Assembly: GCA_021734445.1 (NCBI GenBank)
Contig: JAIPIY010000001.1
Span: 185,306 to 249,305 of the forward strand
Direction: 5' to 3'
Origin: Minisyncoccota bacterium
GTDB taxonomy: Bacteria; Patescibacteriota; Minisyncoccia; Phycocordibacterales; UBA1006
Length of the DNA: 64,000 nt
The notes under the pieces are model-generated. The model was not told where the DNA came from. It was given only the letters and a program-made list of their open reading frames with translations, and made no database searches. Made by a program: the position numbers and the translations under genes. Shown piece after piece: positions 1-10,895 of this stretch. Each line of letters starts with the position of its first letter. Position 1 is the stretch's first letter.

Positions 1-178
1 TACCAATGAATCAACTAATACATGTGTTGTGCGAGATTCAGCAAAAACCGTTGCCGTACGAAAATCTTTTACTGCAGGTTGCACTACCCCAGCAACAACC
101 GCCAGACTGGTAAACATAAACACAATTACTGATGTAATTAATGCGGCGCCCTGATTATATTGTAAAGATTTTTTTTTC
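1..178 (-). CDS. Partial CDS running off the window start: small membrane/pilin-like protein. N-terminus is MKKKSLQYNQGAALITSVIVFMF...
   Basis: Reverse-complement translation of bases 1-178 gives an open frame starting at ATG 176-178, with a hydrophobic segment after a Gly. The position is immediately downstream of the pseudopilin genes. It is absent from the ORF track because it is truncated by the window edge. Confidence 0.3.
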
Positions 179-181
179 ATA

Positions 182-736
182 TTAATAACTACCTTTTATG
201 GTTACACCAAATAATGTATCAATATTTTTTGTTCGAGATCCAGCAAACGCAGTCATACCAATATCAAACGAAATAAAATTTGAATCAGCACCTTCTCCAG
301 CCATTGGATTTGCAGAAACTGATCGCACGAGAAATCGATCAAAGACCACTCCTGTTGGGTTCAATGGTCCTTGTACCACCCCATCTTGTTCTAATACCAA
401 AGATCCTGCATTATCCAAAAAGAAACTGGTAACCTGGGCTACATCATCTTCGGTGCGCGATACGGTCAAGATACTAGAATTCACGCTTAGTGTTGAATCT
501 TGCAATACAATAGTATCTGCATTTCGCACTTCGAATATCATCCGATCAAAACCACTGGTCGTTGTGTGCAATAATGCCCGGGCCATACGAATTTCTTGCA
601 AAGAACCCATTGTCGTAATCAGCGCAGTTACCATAATCCCAGACAACAGCGTAAATAATGCCATGTACATTAATGTCTCAATAAGTGTTACACCTTTTGT
701 ATAAAAACTATTGTTTTGTTTTTTTTGTATAGACAT
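182..736 (-). CDS. Prepilin-type N-terminal cleavage/methylation-domain protein (minor pilin / pseudopilin)
   Basis: The N-terminus KGVTLIETLMYMALFTLL fits the class III signal (G/FTLIE) followed by a hydrophobic helix. It is the last gene of the pilB-pilC-pilin operon. Confidence 0.7.
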   Translation of the reverse strand: MSIQKKQNNSFYTKGVTLIETLMYMALFTLLSGIMVTALITTMGSLQEIRMARALLHTTTSGFDRMIFEVRNADTIVLQDSTLSVNSSILTVSRTEDDVAQVTSFFLDNAGSLVLEQDGVVQGPLNPTGVVFDRFLVRSVSANPMAGEGADSNFISFDIGMTAFAGSRTKNIDTLFGVTIKGSY

Positions 737-739
737 AGA

Positions 740-1222
740 TTAATCGCGGAAAATATCAAAAACGTATCCTTCTTGAGTTTCGACCATTTCGCCCCCCTGC
801 CAAGAAACAGAAATTACCACCCGACGACCCTGCTCATCTTCGTCTCCAGAAGATGCAATGTTGCTATTACCATCTCGGTATACAGGATACAGAGTAATCG
901 CTCTGGAAAACTTACCAAATGAAGATGCGCCGGAAATAATTTCAAAAGCATTCCCATCCCACACAATATCGTACGGATTTTCTGTATCCATTTCTTCTAA
1001 CAATGAAAAGGAAGTATCGCGAGTAAATCGCACCAATTCAAAACCAGTCTCGGCCAATAGCTGAGCCTGTGCGCGGTCTAATGATAATTGATTCATACGT
1101 AAAGCCTGAACAGAAACAAACACCAATGAAATAATCACCGTCAATAATATGGCGCTACCAACAACAACCTCTACTAAACTTATCCCAAAAGATTTCAAAG
1201 TTGTATGTTGTTTATATTTCAT
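740..1222 (-). CDS. Prepilin-like pseudopilin
   Basis: The N-terminus FGISLVEVVVGSAILLTVI has the Gly followed by a hydrophobic stretch with Glu at +5. There is a 3-nt gap to the neighbouring pilin genes. Confidence 0.6.
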   Translation of the reverse strand: MKYKQHTTLKSFGISLVEVVVGSAILLTVIISLVFVSVQALRMNQLSLDRAQAQLLAETGFELVRFTRDTSFSLLEEMDTENPYDIVWDGNAFEIISGASSFGKFSRAITLYPVYRDGNSNIASSGDEDEQGRRVVISVSWQGGEMVETQEGYVFDIFRD

Positions 1223-1223
1223 A

Positions 1224-1685
1224 TTATGGTGATCTTTCTAATAATCCAGTAGGAGTTACTGTAAAGACATACTCTATTGTACCATCCGAAGACGAAAGAG
1301 TGAACTGTCCAGGATTTGTTATCGCACCAGAAAGACGCGCAAAAGAAAAATCATCCCCGCTGTTTAAATCAATGGAAGATAACGTAAACCCGGATTCAAA
1401 TACAAATTCTTCGATATCATTTGATCCCGTATAAGAATCTCCTTGAAAGAGAATAATAGATTCAGTATCTAGAGCAATTCCGTATGAAGATAATTCTTGT
1501 GAAGATATTGTTTTTGTACGAGCTTCAAAAAATAAACTCTCGATCATTTCAATATGAAATCTGGCAACCTGACGTTGTTCTACACCAGATAACCGAGGAA
1601 TCGTGATCGCAGTAATAATACCAATAATCGCAATGACAATCAGTAGTTCGATTAGAGTGAATCCCTTTTTCCATAATGCAATCAT
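1224..1685 (-). CDS. Type IV pilin / competence pseudopilin (major pilin candidate)
   Basis: Canonical N-terminus KKGFTLIELLIVIAIIGIITAI. It is separated from pilC by a 1-nt gap. Confidence 0.8.
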   Translation of the reverse strand: MIALWKKGFTLIELLIVIAIIGIITAITIPRLSGVEQRQVARFHIEMIESLFFEARTKTISSQELSSYGIALDTESIILFQGDSYTGSNDIEEFVFESGFTLSSIDLNSGDDFSFARLSGAITNPGQFTLSSSDGTIEYVFTVTPTGLLERSP

Positions 1686-1686
1686 A

Positions 1687-2901
1687 TTATGAAATTCCTT
1701 CCATTAACGAATACATCGGCGTAATCATAGATACCGCAAAAAATCCAACTGCACCCCCGACAAAAATCATAAGAATAGGTTCCACAATAGTAGATAAATC
1801 TTTTGTTGCAGCAGATACTTCTTCTTCGTAGAAATGTGCGATTTCCAATAACATGGTGGATAATTTTCCGGTTTCTTCTCCTACCTCCATCATTTCTCCT
1901 ACCATTAACGGATACCATCTGGTTGCACCCTTGAAAGCAATGGACAGGGTTTCTCCTTTTTCTACATTTTTTTGTGCTTCGATAATAATATTTTTATAGT
2001 GTACATTTTGTAACACGTCACGGGTAATTTCCAGTGATTGTCCCATGTTCACCCCAGAAGATAACAATGACGACAACGTACGTGCAGTTTGTGCAGCGTA
2101 TGACTGTTGTACAATGCCCCCAATTACAGGAATATGCGGAATAATCCAATCAAAAAAACGAGTTCCTTTTTCTGTTCTAGCCAACCAGGTAATTCCTGAA
2201 AAAAATGCAGCTACACCACCGATTAATAAAATAATATGATTACGCAACAAATCACTGACGGTCATAATAAATCTTGTACTTGCTGGTAATTCCATTTCCA
2301 TATCGGTAAACACTGCAGTTAATGTAGGAACAACATAAATCATCATAAGAACCCCAATAATAATAATTGCACATAATACAACCGCGGGATACATTAATGC
2401 TCCTTTTATTTTTCGTTTCAAGGTATAAGTTTTTTCCAAATGTACACTGATTTCAGAAAGTACGTCGGGCATACCTCCAGATTCTTCTCCTGAACGAACC
2501 ATAGAAATAAAAAATGGTTCGAATACTTTTGGATATTTTTCCAAACTTTGACTAAAGCTTTTCCCTGATTGAATATCAGCTTGAATATCATGCAAGATTG
2601 ATTTGAATAGTTTATTTTTTGTTTGTTTTTCTAAAATAGATAATGCACGTGACAATGCCAATCCGGCAGATAGCATCGATGAAACATTGTGGGTAAAAAA
2701 TATTTTTTCTTTCAAAGACACCTTTCCTAGAAACCGATCGGCGACATCTAACCAAGAACCTTTTTCTGATAATGGAGTCAATGACAAAACCGTTTCTTCT
2801 TTGTCTCGTAATTCCATTAATACAGCATGCTTGTCAGCACCTTCGATATCTCCGGTATTCATGGTGCCTGTTTTTGATTGTGAAACGTAATGAAATTTCA
2901 T
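1687..2901 (-). CDS. pilC: Type IV pilus assembly platform protein PilC / GspF family
   Basis: 404-aa polytopic membrane protein with the duplicated T2SS-F domain architecture. It lies directly downstream of the pilB ATPase. Confidence 0.9.
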   Translation of the reverse strand: MKFHYVSQSKTGTMNTGDIEGADKHAVLMELRDKEETVLSLTPLSEKGSWLDVADRFLGKVSLKEKIFFTHNVSSMLSAGLALSRALSILEKQTKNKLFKSILHDIQADIQSGKSFSQSLEKYPKVFEPFFISMVRSGEESGGMPDVLSEISVHLEKTYTLKRKIKGALMYPAVVLCAIIIIGVLMMIYVVPTLTAVFTDMEMELPASTRFIMTVSDLLRNHIILLIGGVAAFFSGITWLARTEKGTRFFDWIIPHIPVIGGIVQQSYAAQTARTLSSLLSSGVNMGQSLEITRDVLQNVHYKNIIIEAQKNVEKGETLSIAFKGATRWYPLMVGEMMEVGEETGKLSTMLLEIAHFYEEEVSAATKDLSTIVEPILMIFVGGAVGFFAVSMITPMYSLMEGIS

Positions 2902-2904
2902 AGA

Positions 2905-4650
2905 TTATTCTGAAACAACGCGTAGGACCTCTTCTTTTGTGGTCATTCCCTGTATTGCAAGAAAAATACCGTCTTCTAATAATGTCATCATGCCATCTTT
3001 TTTTGCTTGTTCTTCTATGTCGTCCCCTGTTGCACCCTGAATAATAAGATTTTTAATTGCCGGGGTGATAGGTAATACTTCGTGAATACCCATACGACCT
3101 TTGAATGCATCTTCTTCATGACCCGAGGTTGGACGATAAAAAGGAACTTTTTCCCAGGTAGCATTTGCATCTACCACATTTTCTTGTTTCAAAAATTGCA
3201 TCATACGGTCTAGATCAATTTCTTTGCCCAACATTGCGACTTCATCTTTATTTAAAAAATATTGCTCTTTTTCTTCTCCTAGTTTACGAACCAAACGTTG
3301 TCCAATAACAACATCTAGTGTTGATACCAAAAGAAAAGGTTCGATTCCCATATCAATCAATCGTGGAACTGACCCAGCAGAAGAATTCGTGTGTAATGTT
3401 GATAGAACAAGGTGTCCCGTCAAAGCAGCATTAGTAGCTAACGAAGCTGTTTCTGTATCTCGAATTTCACCCACCATGAGAATATCTGGATCTTGACGCA
3501 ACAATGAACGAAGGCCATTTGCAAACGTAAAACCAATATCCGCACGTACCTGGCTTTGGTTGATGCGTGGCATTTGGTATTCAATAGGATCTTCGACGGT
3601 TGAAATATTTACGTCCGGAGTATTTAAAATATCTAATAATGTATACAACGTTGTTGATTTTCCAGAACCCGTTGGCCCTGTTGCCAAAATCATTCCTGTT
3701 TTATGTTTCAATGCACGATGAATAGATTCCAATCCTTGCCCATGAAATCCAAGACCTTCTAATGTAAAACCAGAAACTGATTCACGCAATAAACGCATAA
3801 CAATTTTTTCACCATAGTAGGTTGGCAATATCGAAACACGGAATGAAACTTTTTCATTATTCAAATCAATTTTGAAACGACCATCTTGGGGCAATCTTTT
3901 TTCATCTAATTTCAAATTAGACAGAACCTTGATACGTGCAGACAATCCCGAACCAGCGGTTTTTGGTAATTCCATAGCATCCCGCAAAATACCATCGATA
4001 CGATACCTCACCACCACACCCTTTTCATGTGGTTCGATATGGATATCAGAAGCACCCTGTAAAATAGCATGTGATAACAAGGTATCTACAATTTTTACCA
4101 CCGGTAAATCTTCTGCTAATTTTTTCAAATCTTCTTCCGATTGATTATCAGAAACATCATCATTAATTTTTTCTAAATGGATAGATTCTTTTTTGATAAT
4201 ATCATCAAATTCCCCCTGTAGACTTTTTCGGTATTGTAGTAATACATTTTTAATAGATTCAGTAGATGTCAGACGTGGCAATACTCGCAGTCCAACCTTT
4301 TTTTTAATAAATTCTATCGCAGGTAAATCACCCACATCCAACATGGCAACCTCTAACCCTGCAGGCGTTTTACGATAAGCAACCAAATTATGATTGCGGG
4401 CAATAGGTTCAGGGATCAAAGACAATACATCCATAGAAATCTTTTCGTGCGACAAATCAACAAAAGGAATTCCTGTCGCCCAAGCTTTTACACGACGAAG
4501 ACCATCTTCGGAAACATCATTGTTCGACAATAACACTTCTTCAATTGTTTTTCCTGTTTTTTTCGCTTGGGTTTCTGCATTTTTTAATACAGCAGAAGAA
4601 ACCATTCCAGCATCAAGTAAAAATTCTTTTAGTCTGTCTTCAGGACTCAT
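2905..4650 (-). CDS. pilB: Type IV pilus assembly ATPase PilB / GspE family
   Basis: Has the Walker A motif GPTGSGKST and Asp/His boxes, plus the N-terminal GSPII_E domain. 581 aa. Confidence 0.9.
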   Translation of the reverse strand: MSPEDRLKEFLLDAGMVSSAVLKNAETQAKKTGKTIEEVLLSNNDVSEDGLRRVKAWATGIPFVDLSHEKISMDVLSLIPEPIARNHNLVAYRKTPAGLEVAMLDVGDLPAIEFIKKKVGLRVLPRLTSTESIKNVLLQYRKSLQGEFDDIIKKESIHLEKINDDVSDNQSEEDLKKLAEDLPVVKIVDTLLSHAILQGASDIHIEPHEKGVVVRYRIDGILRDAMELPKTAGSGLSARIKVLSNLKLDEKRLPQDGRFKIDLNNEKVSFRVSILPTYYGEKIVMRLLRESVSGFTLEGLGFHGQGLESIHRALKHKTGMILATGPTGSGKSTTLYTLLDILNTPDVNISTVEDPIEYQMPRINQSQVRADIGFTFANGLRSLLRQDPDILMVGEIRDTETASLATNAALTGHLVLSTLHTNSSAGSVPRLIDMGIEPFLLVSTLDVVIGQRLVRKLGEEKEQYFLNKDEVAMLGKEIDLDRMMQFLKQENVVDANATWEKVPFYRPTSGHEEDAFKGRMGIHEVLPITPAIKNLIIQGATGDDIEEQAKKDGMMTLLEDGIFLAIQGMTTKEEVLRVVSE

Positions 4651-4726
4651 AGTAGCTTTATTATATCATAGAACAGTCAAGAAAAAATATTTCTTGACTG
4701 TTCATAAATCAAAAAAGTGGGAATAC

Positions 4727-4751
4727 TAAAACCCCTCAAGATGAGGGGTTT
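4727..4751. terminator. Hairpin aaaacccctc-aagat-gaggggtttt between the surface-protein gene and pilB
   Basis: Perfect 10-bp stem flanked by A and T runs. It separates the 4873-7386 gene from the pilus operon. Confidence 0.5.
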
Positions 4752-4872
4752 TAGTAAAGAAATTTCTATATCAAGATTATATCATTTTGAATTTTCGTGG
4801 CAATGGTAATTATTAACTGTTGTTAACAAGAACTACCCTTTCTAATCCTTGGGTGTTTTTTGATTTATACTT

Positions 4873-7386
4873 TTAGTTCACTTTCAAACAAATAGCTTCT
4901 GCATGTGCATCATTTGATTCTGCACCAGAGCATTGAACCCGCCAACCTTGTACATTATTAAATCTTGGTGTATCTAAAATATTTGTTGGGGTACATGAAC
5001 CACCAGCACTCGCTCCGGTACCACTAGTAGAAGGACAATTACCATTCATAACAGGAACAGGTTGAGATATTTTTATTTCACTTTCACAATCTCCTCCACC
5101 ACCTATAACGATATAACCAACTGGACACCACGCATAGGCAACATGGACCGGATTATCTCGACGAACACGAACAATGGAATCACCCTGTATTAGACTACTA
5201 TTAATTGTTTTCCAAGCTGCACTACCTGTTGCATCTGATGTAAGGACTTTTCCATCACCAGGGTCACCACCTGTTATTTTTACTTTTCCTAATATATCTA
5301 ACTTTGTCTCTGTTAATTGAGATGAATGACCGATAACAGTTTTGGAATTTTGATTGGTTGACATAGACACATAATTGGGCATTGAAGTAAACGGTGTATT
5401 AATTTGTGTAGCATTAGTACTAGAACGAACTCCTGAATTACTAACCCATTCACCTTCACCAGGTGCAGTACTGACCCAAACCAGAGTAGATCCAAGACCT
5501 AATACAACATCACCATCTGGTAATGCATCTGATTCCCAAGTTGCAAGACCATTACTATCTGAAGTCAACACTTTTCCTTGACCAGGATTACCACCACGAA
5601 TTTTTACTAGTCCAGAAACGTCCAGACCAAGATTCTGATTAGTTACCGGAAGGCCAACATAGGTAATACTTCCATTAGACAGCCCTAAAATTGATGATCC
5701 TGCAACAATAAGATCTGAAGTACCCGACATTGTTGAACCAAGGTTGGCTCCAATACGAACTTTTCCAGATCCATTTGCAAGAAGAGTGTTATTAAGAACC
5801 CATGCAGTCCCATTCCAACGAAGAGTAGCGTCATTTGTTCCAGCAGGTAATGTGCTTGGGGCTGGACGCCATCGAGCATTACCACTAGAATCAATAGCTG
5901 TTAAGACATCTCCGGCCACAATAGCAGGACTAGCATTTGTGCTTCGAAATCTTACCTCTCCTGCAACATCAAGCATTGCATTAATACCACCAAAACTGAC
6001 CCCAGCATTAGAACCAGCTCCAACCTGAGTTGTATTTAATCCAACCCCAAGACCTTCTGGGAAAACACTAGTATTACGCGCATGTATCGCACCCTCTACG
6101 TCAAGTTTACGTAGAGGGTTTGCAATACCGATACCTACATTTCCTGTATTTTCTTTTATAACAAGAGCATTTTGTGCTTGAAAAGTATTTAATGATAACC
6201 CGGAACCATTTGTTGCACGGATAAATTGATGCTGATCACCAAGATAAAGAGAGGCATTGGTTCCTGACCCAGCCCAAGTACCACGAGCTCTAATATCTCC
6301 GCTAACATCTAATTTATAACCTGGGTTTGTAGCCCCGACACCAACACTTGTCCCATTATCAAACAATTGAGAATTTCCCAATGTAGTTCCGTCGGGTGTC
6401 CATTTTGAAAGATAATTAAGTGTTCCAGAACCAGTAATTCCTGTAACACCTACTGGTTGTTGAACAATCCAAGTTGTTCCATTCCAAACCAAGATATCCC
6501 CATTAGTAGAACCGTTAGGCAAACCATTTGGAGCTGGTTGCCATGTTGCATAACCTTGTGCGTCAGATGTTAACACGCTACCTGCGGCAGGTGTTACACC
6601 TCCAATGCCACGATATCTAAAAGTTCCTGCCAGATTTAATGTAGGAGATTGCCCCCCCATACCCTCAGCAGCAACAGATGCATTAGCAGGATTATACGCG
6701 TCAAATATTTTAACAGAATTACCAGAACTTGATAAGCCAGATTCTGCTGTCCAACCAAATACACCCGGTGAAATCACTCCATATCTTAGTGTTTGATTAA
6801 ATGTACCTGCAGGTAAATTAGTTCCACCAGAAGCAGGTGCCCAAGTCACTAATCCAGTTGAATCAACAGCAGTCAATACATCACCTGGATTATTAGGGGT
6901 CATTCCTCTTACCGAAAATTGACCATTTTGATTAACACTAATACCACTTAACGCATCAGCATCATTGACTTGCCCTGCACGGAAAACATCTATTGGATTA
7001 GAGGTCGACTGAAAAAAATTCGTCGATGTTTTCCATCCTGCAAAAGTTGATCCATTATTTTTAACAAAAAGAGCTATTGGATTAACACCAATACCGCCGG
7101 CCTTGAACAAATTATGACTACCAGTCGCACCAATATCACCACAAGATGTTCCACCACCAACCAAAACAGACCCTGACTGACAAGGCTGTATATCAACCTT
7201 GTGACTACCAAAAAATGGAGCACTTAGGATACCTTGTTTAATTTGTGCAAAAGGTCCAACGTTCAATGGTGCAATGTTTGCCCCACCTCCTGTTGGCGCT
7301 CCGCCTGGATAGGTAAAGGCAGATGTCTGTAATCCAAAAGCCAATACAGAGAATGCAAATAATGATGTGATAATAATTTTTTTCAT
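4873..7386 (-). CDS. Large secreted Gly/Thr/Asn-rich repeat protein with a Cys-rich C-terminal domain (candidate surface adhesin / fibre)
   Basis: Signal peptide MKKIIITSLFAFSVLAFGLQTSA. About seven copies of a GxVLTSDxxGxxxW(x)P module, for example GDVLTAVDSTGLVTWAP, GSVLTSDAQGYATWQP and GKVLTSDATGSAAWK. About 10 Cys in the last 90 aa. Confidence 0.6.
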   Translation of the reverse strand: MKKIIITSLFAFSVLAFGLQTSAFTYPGGAPTGGGANIAPLNVGPFAQIKQGILSAPFFGSHKVDIQPCQSGSVLVGGGTSCGDIGATGSHNLFKAGGIGVNPIALFVKNNGSTFAGWKTSTNFFQSTSNPIDVFRAGQVNDADALSGISVNQNGQFSVRGMTPNNPGDVLTAVDSTGLVTWAPASGGTNLPAGTFNQTLRYGVISPGVFGWTAESGLSSSGNSVKIFDAYNPANASVAAEGMGGQSPTLNLAGTFRYRGIGGVTPAAGSVLTSDAQGYATWQPAPNGLPNGSTNGDILVWNGTTWIVQQPVGVTGITGSGTLNYLSKWTPDGTTLGNSQLFDNGTSVGVGATNPGYKLDVSGDIRARGTWAGSGTNASLYLGDQHQFIRATNGSGLSLNTFQAQNALVIKENTGNVGIGIANPLRKLDVEGAIHARNTSVFPEGLGVGLNTTQVGAGSNAGVSFGGINAMLDVAGEVRFRSTNASPAIVAGDVLTAIDSSGNARWRPAPSTLPAGTNDATLRWNGTAWVLNNTLLANGSGKVRIGANLGSTMSGTSDLIVAGSSILGLSNGSITYVGLPVTNQNLGLDVSGLVKIRGGNPGQGKVLTSDSNGLATWESDALPDGDVVLGLGSTLVWVSTAPGEGEWVSNSGVRSSTNATQINTPFTSMPNYVSMSTNQNSKTVIGHSSQLTETKLDILGKVKITGGDPGDGKVLTSDATGSAAWKTINSSLIQGDSIVRVRRDNPVHVAYAWCPVGYIVIGGGGDCESEIKISQPVPVMNGNCPSTSGTGASAGGSCTPTNILDTPRFNNVQGWRVQCSGAESNDAHAEAICLKVN

Positions 7387-7449
7387 AATGTGTTTCTTTA
7401 TTAATAAAACTTGTCTTGTAATAATTGTACTATAAACGGTTATAAAATT

Positions 7450-8874
7450 CTATATCTCCTGGAATCCCGGTCGTGGAATCCCTCCTCCTGGTCCTGGGCC
7501 ACATTGTGGGGATATAACAATTATTGTGCTATCTGAAACCATTACCCCATTTGCGCCCGTACAACTCAGTGTATAAGAAGTAGGAGAAGTCGATGCAGTA
7601 ACGGATGCAGAATCTGGTCCGTTTGTAATTACCTGGGAAATGGATGGTGACATTGTACAATTACCTACAGCATTTGAAACATTCCAATTTAACGTTCCGT
7701 TGCTATCAGTAGTACAAGATGCAGATAAACTTACTGAAGCGCCACCCGCAGGACACATAGACAGTACAGTTTGCCCCGTATAAGAATTAATATCATTAAT
7801 ATCATTACTCATACAAGATGCGTAAAAGATAATATCTGGATTAAGATCTGTAGATTGAATAATATTCGTATTCATCATTGCATCGTTACTACCTGAATAG
7901 AAAGTTGATTGATCAAGAACATTAGGGCTTGACGTAAATTGACATGTACTCATATCAACATCTTGACCCTGTGCAATAATAATTGCTCCCTGGCCAGGAA
8001 TAATACAAGACGGTTTTGTATAAAGATTTATTTGAGGGTTAAAAGTTACAGAAGTATCTTTAATACACAATGTAGGATCGCTAGGATCAATCACATATCC
8101 TTGTGGAATAAAATAATGAGGTCCGCCTGTAACGTTTGTACAATATACTGGTGGATTTGGATTTAACTGAACCATGACACCTTTGAAAAATATCCAACCC
8201 AAATCAATATCACCCCACGCATATCCATATAATTCAGCCATTCCTGTTATTGGATCATAGCTAATCATATTCACACCATATGGTTGGCCGTTTTGTGCAA
8301 CTCCACCCAAACTAATCCATCCATCCCAACCACCACGTGCTAACGGATCTAATAACGCACCACTACATCCAGATTGAAAAACGGCGCACGCACGCGCCCA
8401 ACCTTCTAATCGTCCATTTTGAATATCTAAACGTGCCATTACTGCTGGAACAAAACCATCTGGAGTAACATCTCCTGCACCCTGAAATCGAATATACCCA
8501 CTGGCATTACCCATAATAACAGGGTTCATACCACCACTATGCGTTGCACCCAAAAAAGAAGAGTATGCATACCCTGTCATTTCTCCTGTATTAGGATTAA
8601 CCGTTACAGACCAAGTTTGTGAAGGAGGAGCCCAAGGAGGGGTTAATGTTGCAAAATCATCAGAATCAAAACTAATCCAACCACCACCACGTCCATATGC
8701 GCCACCTCCGGGAAAATTTGTTTGATCTGAAGGATCTCCTGCATCAGACCATGCAAAACCTGACATAGTGCCAGGAGTATTTTGTGCAAATACCGAAGTA
8801 TCCGCCAAAAATATAGCAAATACACCAATAAGAGAAGCTAGCCCGACGAACATCATGTGGCGAAAATGCATCAT
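7450..8874 (-). CDS. Secreted hypothetical protein, Cys-rich in the C-terminal half
   Basis: N-terminal signal peptide (MMHFRHMMFVGLASLIGVFAIFLA...AQ). Its start overlaps the upstream gene's stop by 4 nt, suggesting translational coupling. Confidence 0.5.
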   Translation of the reverse strand: MMHFRHMMFVGLASLIGVFAIFLADTSVFAQNTPGTMSGFAWSDAGDPSDQTNFPGGGAYGRGGGWISFDSDDFATLTPPWAPPSQTWSVTVNPNTGEMTGYAYSSFLGATHSGGMNPVIMGNASGYIRFQGAGDVTPDGFVPAVMARLDIQNGRLEGWARACAVFQSGCSGALLDPLARGGWDGWISLGGVAQNGQPYGVNMISYDPITGMAELYGYAWGDIDLGWIFFKGVMVQLNPNPPVYCTNVTGGPHYFIPQGYVIDPSDPTLCIKDTSVTFNPQINLYTKPSCIIPGQGAIIIAQGQDVDMSTCQFTSSPNVLDQSTFYSGSNDAMMNTNIIQSTDLNPDIIFYASCMSNDINDINSYTGQTVLSMCPAGGASVSLSASCTTDSNGTLNWNVSNAVGNCTMSPSISQVITNGPDSASVTASTSPTSYTLSCTGANGVMVSDSTIIVISPQCGPGPGGGIPRPGFQEI

Positions 8875-9233
8875 ATATTTGATTGGTTAAACATATTCAT
8901 AAATTCTTCATTTGATTGTTGTACTTTTTCTTGTTCAGCTGGATCAGTTACCGGTTCTGGTGTTTCTGAGGTATTTTCAACATCATTTGTGTTTTCTCCA
9001 GAAAATGCATCAAAGAAAAGTTCGTTTGATTGTGAAATCTCTTGTTGAATACGCATACTGTCTTCTTCTGTATAATTATATTCAGGTGCTGTCATCGTAG
9101 TAAAATCAACAGCAGGTACTGATTCATCAAATTTCTTTTGATCCTGAATAACAAAAATCACCACAAGGACAATAACAACCAAAAGAATGATTGTAATCCA
9201 GATCCATAGGTGTGGTGATTTTTTTTCTGGCAT
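8871..9233 (-). CDS. Small single-pass membrane protein with an acidic tail
   Basis: TM segment LWIWITIILLVVIVLVVIFVI followed by a D/E-rich tail. Sits in an operon with 7450-8874. Confidence 0.4.
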   Translation of the reverse strand: MPEKKSPHLWIWITIILLVVIVLVVIFVIQDQKKFDESVPAVDFTTMTAPEYNYTEEDSMRIQQEISQSNELFFDAFSGENTNDVENTSETPEPVTDPAEQEKVQQSNEEFMNMFNQSNI

Positions 9234-9236
9234 AGA

Positions 9237-9488
9237 TTAGTTTGATTGTGCTTCTAATTCTAACATTAACGCTGCGATTTCTTCTTCGGTCAAAGGTTCA
9301 GGAGCTGGCTGTGCTTCTAGTTCTGCCATGAGCTCCGAAACTTCTTCTTCGTTCATCGGTTCTGCTGATTGACCATCAGACAAAGAAGATTTTTTTGGTG
9401 CACGAAGTGCAATAATAATAACCACTAAGAGAAGAACACTGATAAGAAGAAGGATAATAGTACGAAACGATGAATTGCTTTTTTCCAT
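9237..9488 (-). CDS. Small single-pass membrane protein with an internal EEE(V/I)xxLMxELEAQ duplication
   Basis: TM segment IILLLISVLLLVVIIIAL followed by two acidic repeats. It resembles the protein at 60171-60434. Confidence 0.4.
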   Translation of the reverse strand: MEKSNSSFRTIILLLISVLLLVVIIIALRAPKKSSLSDGQSAEPMNEEEVSELMAELEAQPAPEPLTEEEIAALMLELEAQSN

Positions 9489-9555
9489 ATACTTTTTATT
9501 ATAACAGAAAAAAAATAAAACAACAGCAATGTGGGGAAAAGATTAGGAGATAGCT

Positions 9556-10803
9556 CTAAAGAACAAACTTACCATTTTTGTAGATGATAATTTCTTTACC
9601 ATCTTTTGTGTGTGCAACTACCGTTCGTGGTGTTGTGGAAATAATATCCGTATGTACCGAAGAATCATTGAATCCCAATTTTTTCCAACCAGCTGACGAA
9701 ACCGCAGTAGGATCACCATCATAACAATCATGATATGACATACCAACCGCAATATGTGTATTTCCGTTTGGCCCACCCATATTTTCATCAAATAATGTTT
9801 CAGCCATGAATTTTGTAATACGTGATAACCGTTTGTCAGTTAATGACCATTCTCCGACTTTGTTTGCGCCTGGGACCGCGATCATTTCACGTAATACATG
9901 TTGATTTTTGCTAGCTGTTGCTTCTACTACTAGACCTTTTTCAAATCGCAAGAAAATATCTGTAATCAAATTACCATATCTATATAATGGTTGATTGAAT
10001 TTTACCCAACCTTGTGCCCCTCGCCAATCTGGGGATGTAAACAATTCAAACGATGGAATATTACGACCTGAACCTCCTATGAATTTTCTTTTTTCTCCTG
10101 GGGTAATCCACAAATCAATATCAGGCCCGATAATATGAAATTTTTCTGTCTTTTTTGTAACTTCATTTAATTTCTTTTCATACACTGCCATATCTGCATA
10201 TAATTTTTTCCATACAGCAATGGGATCTTTTTTATCTAGATAACATGCACGGATAATCTGATCCCAATATTCTTGTACTGATAAATTTGCTTCGTCTGCC
10301 ATCGCCTGTGTGCCGTATAGTCCCAATGTCCAGGTAAATTTTCCCGCATTTTCTTTTTTCGTTAACCAATCACGAAAAGGTTTTACCGCACGACCTGATT
10401 GCATAATTTTCTTTGGATCTACACCGTGTAATGCATGCTTGTTTGCTTCGGAGACAATTGATATTTGATGATCAATAGTATCCGCCATCGCGCGAAGATA
10501 TTTTTTAGGGAAAAAATTTACCTGAGACTCGTCTGCATAATCAAAAAAATCTTTTGACATATTTAACGGTCGGTCATCCATACCAATATCATCGGGAACA
10601 TAATTTCCAATTACATGCCCACCTGATTTAATGACTGCTTTTTTTAATTCTGCATACAATGGTTTTGCAGATTCTGGACACGAAATACGCACCACGTCTC
10701 CACGTTTGATTCCCTTGCCGGAATTTAGTGCAAAATTAACCAGCACATTGGCATATTTTTCTAAAACTTTTTGTGGTGGGTGATACGGTATATTTTTTTT
10801 CAT
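9556..10803 (-). CDS. M29-family aminopeptidase (AmpS/PepS/aminopeptidase T-like)
   Basis: 415 aa. The N-terminus LEKYANVLVNFALNSGKGIKRGDVVRI and the C-terminal FDENMGGPNGNTHIAVG are conserved M29 motifs. Confidence 0.75.
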   Translation of the reverse strand: MKKNIPYHPPQKVLEKYANVLVNFALNSGKGIKRGDVVRISCPESAKPLYAELKKAVIKSGGHVIGNYVPDDIGMDDRPLNMSKDFFDYADESQVNFFPKKYLRAMADTIDHQISIVSEANKHALHGVDPKKIMQSGRAVKPFRDWLTKKENAGKFTWTLGLYGTQAMADEANLSVQEYWDQIIRACYLDKKDPIAVWKKLYADMAVYEKKLNEVTKKTEKFHIIGPDIDLWITPGEKRKFIGGSGRNIPSFELFTSPDWRGAQGWVKFNQPLYRYGNLITDIFLRFEKGLVVEATASKNQHVLREMIAVPGANKVGEWSLTDKRLSRITKFMAETLFDENMGGPNGNTHIAVGMSYHDCYDGDPTAVSSAGWKKLGFNDSSVHTDIISTTPRTVVAHTKDGKEIIIYKNGKFVL

Positions 10804-10851
10804 ATGTTGGTGATTATAGCAAAATCTGAAACATATGTCTTTTTCAATAAC

Positions 10852-10880
10852 AAAAAACCACCCTCGGGTGGTTTTTTGTT
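10852..10880. terminator. Rho-independent terminator aaaaaaccaccctcgggtggttttttg
   Basis: GC stem with symmetric A and T runs, downstream of the minus-strand gene 10896-11939. Confidence 0.6.
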
Positions 10881-10895
10881 TCTTTATAATTTTAA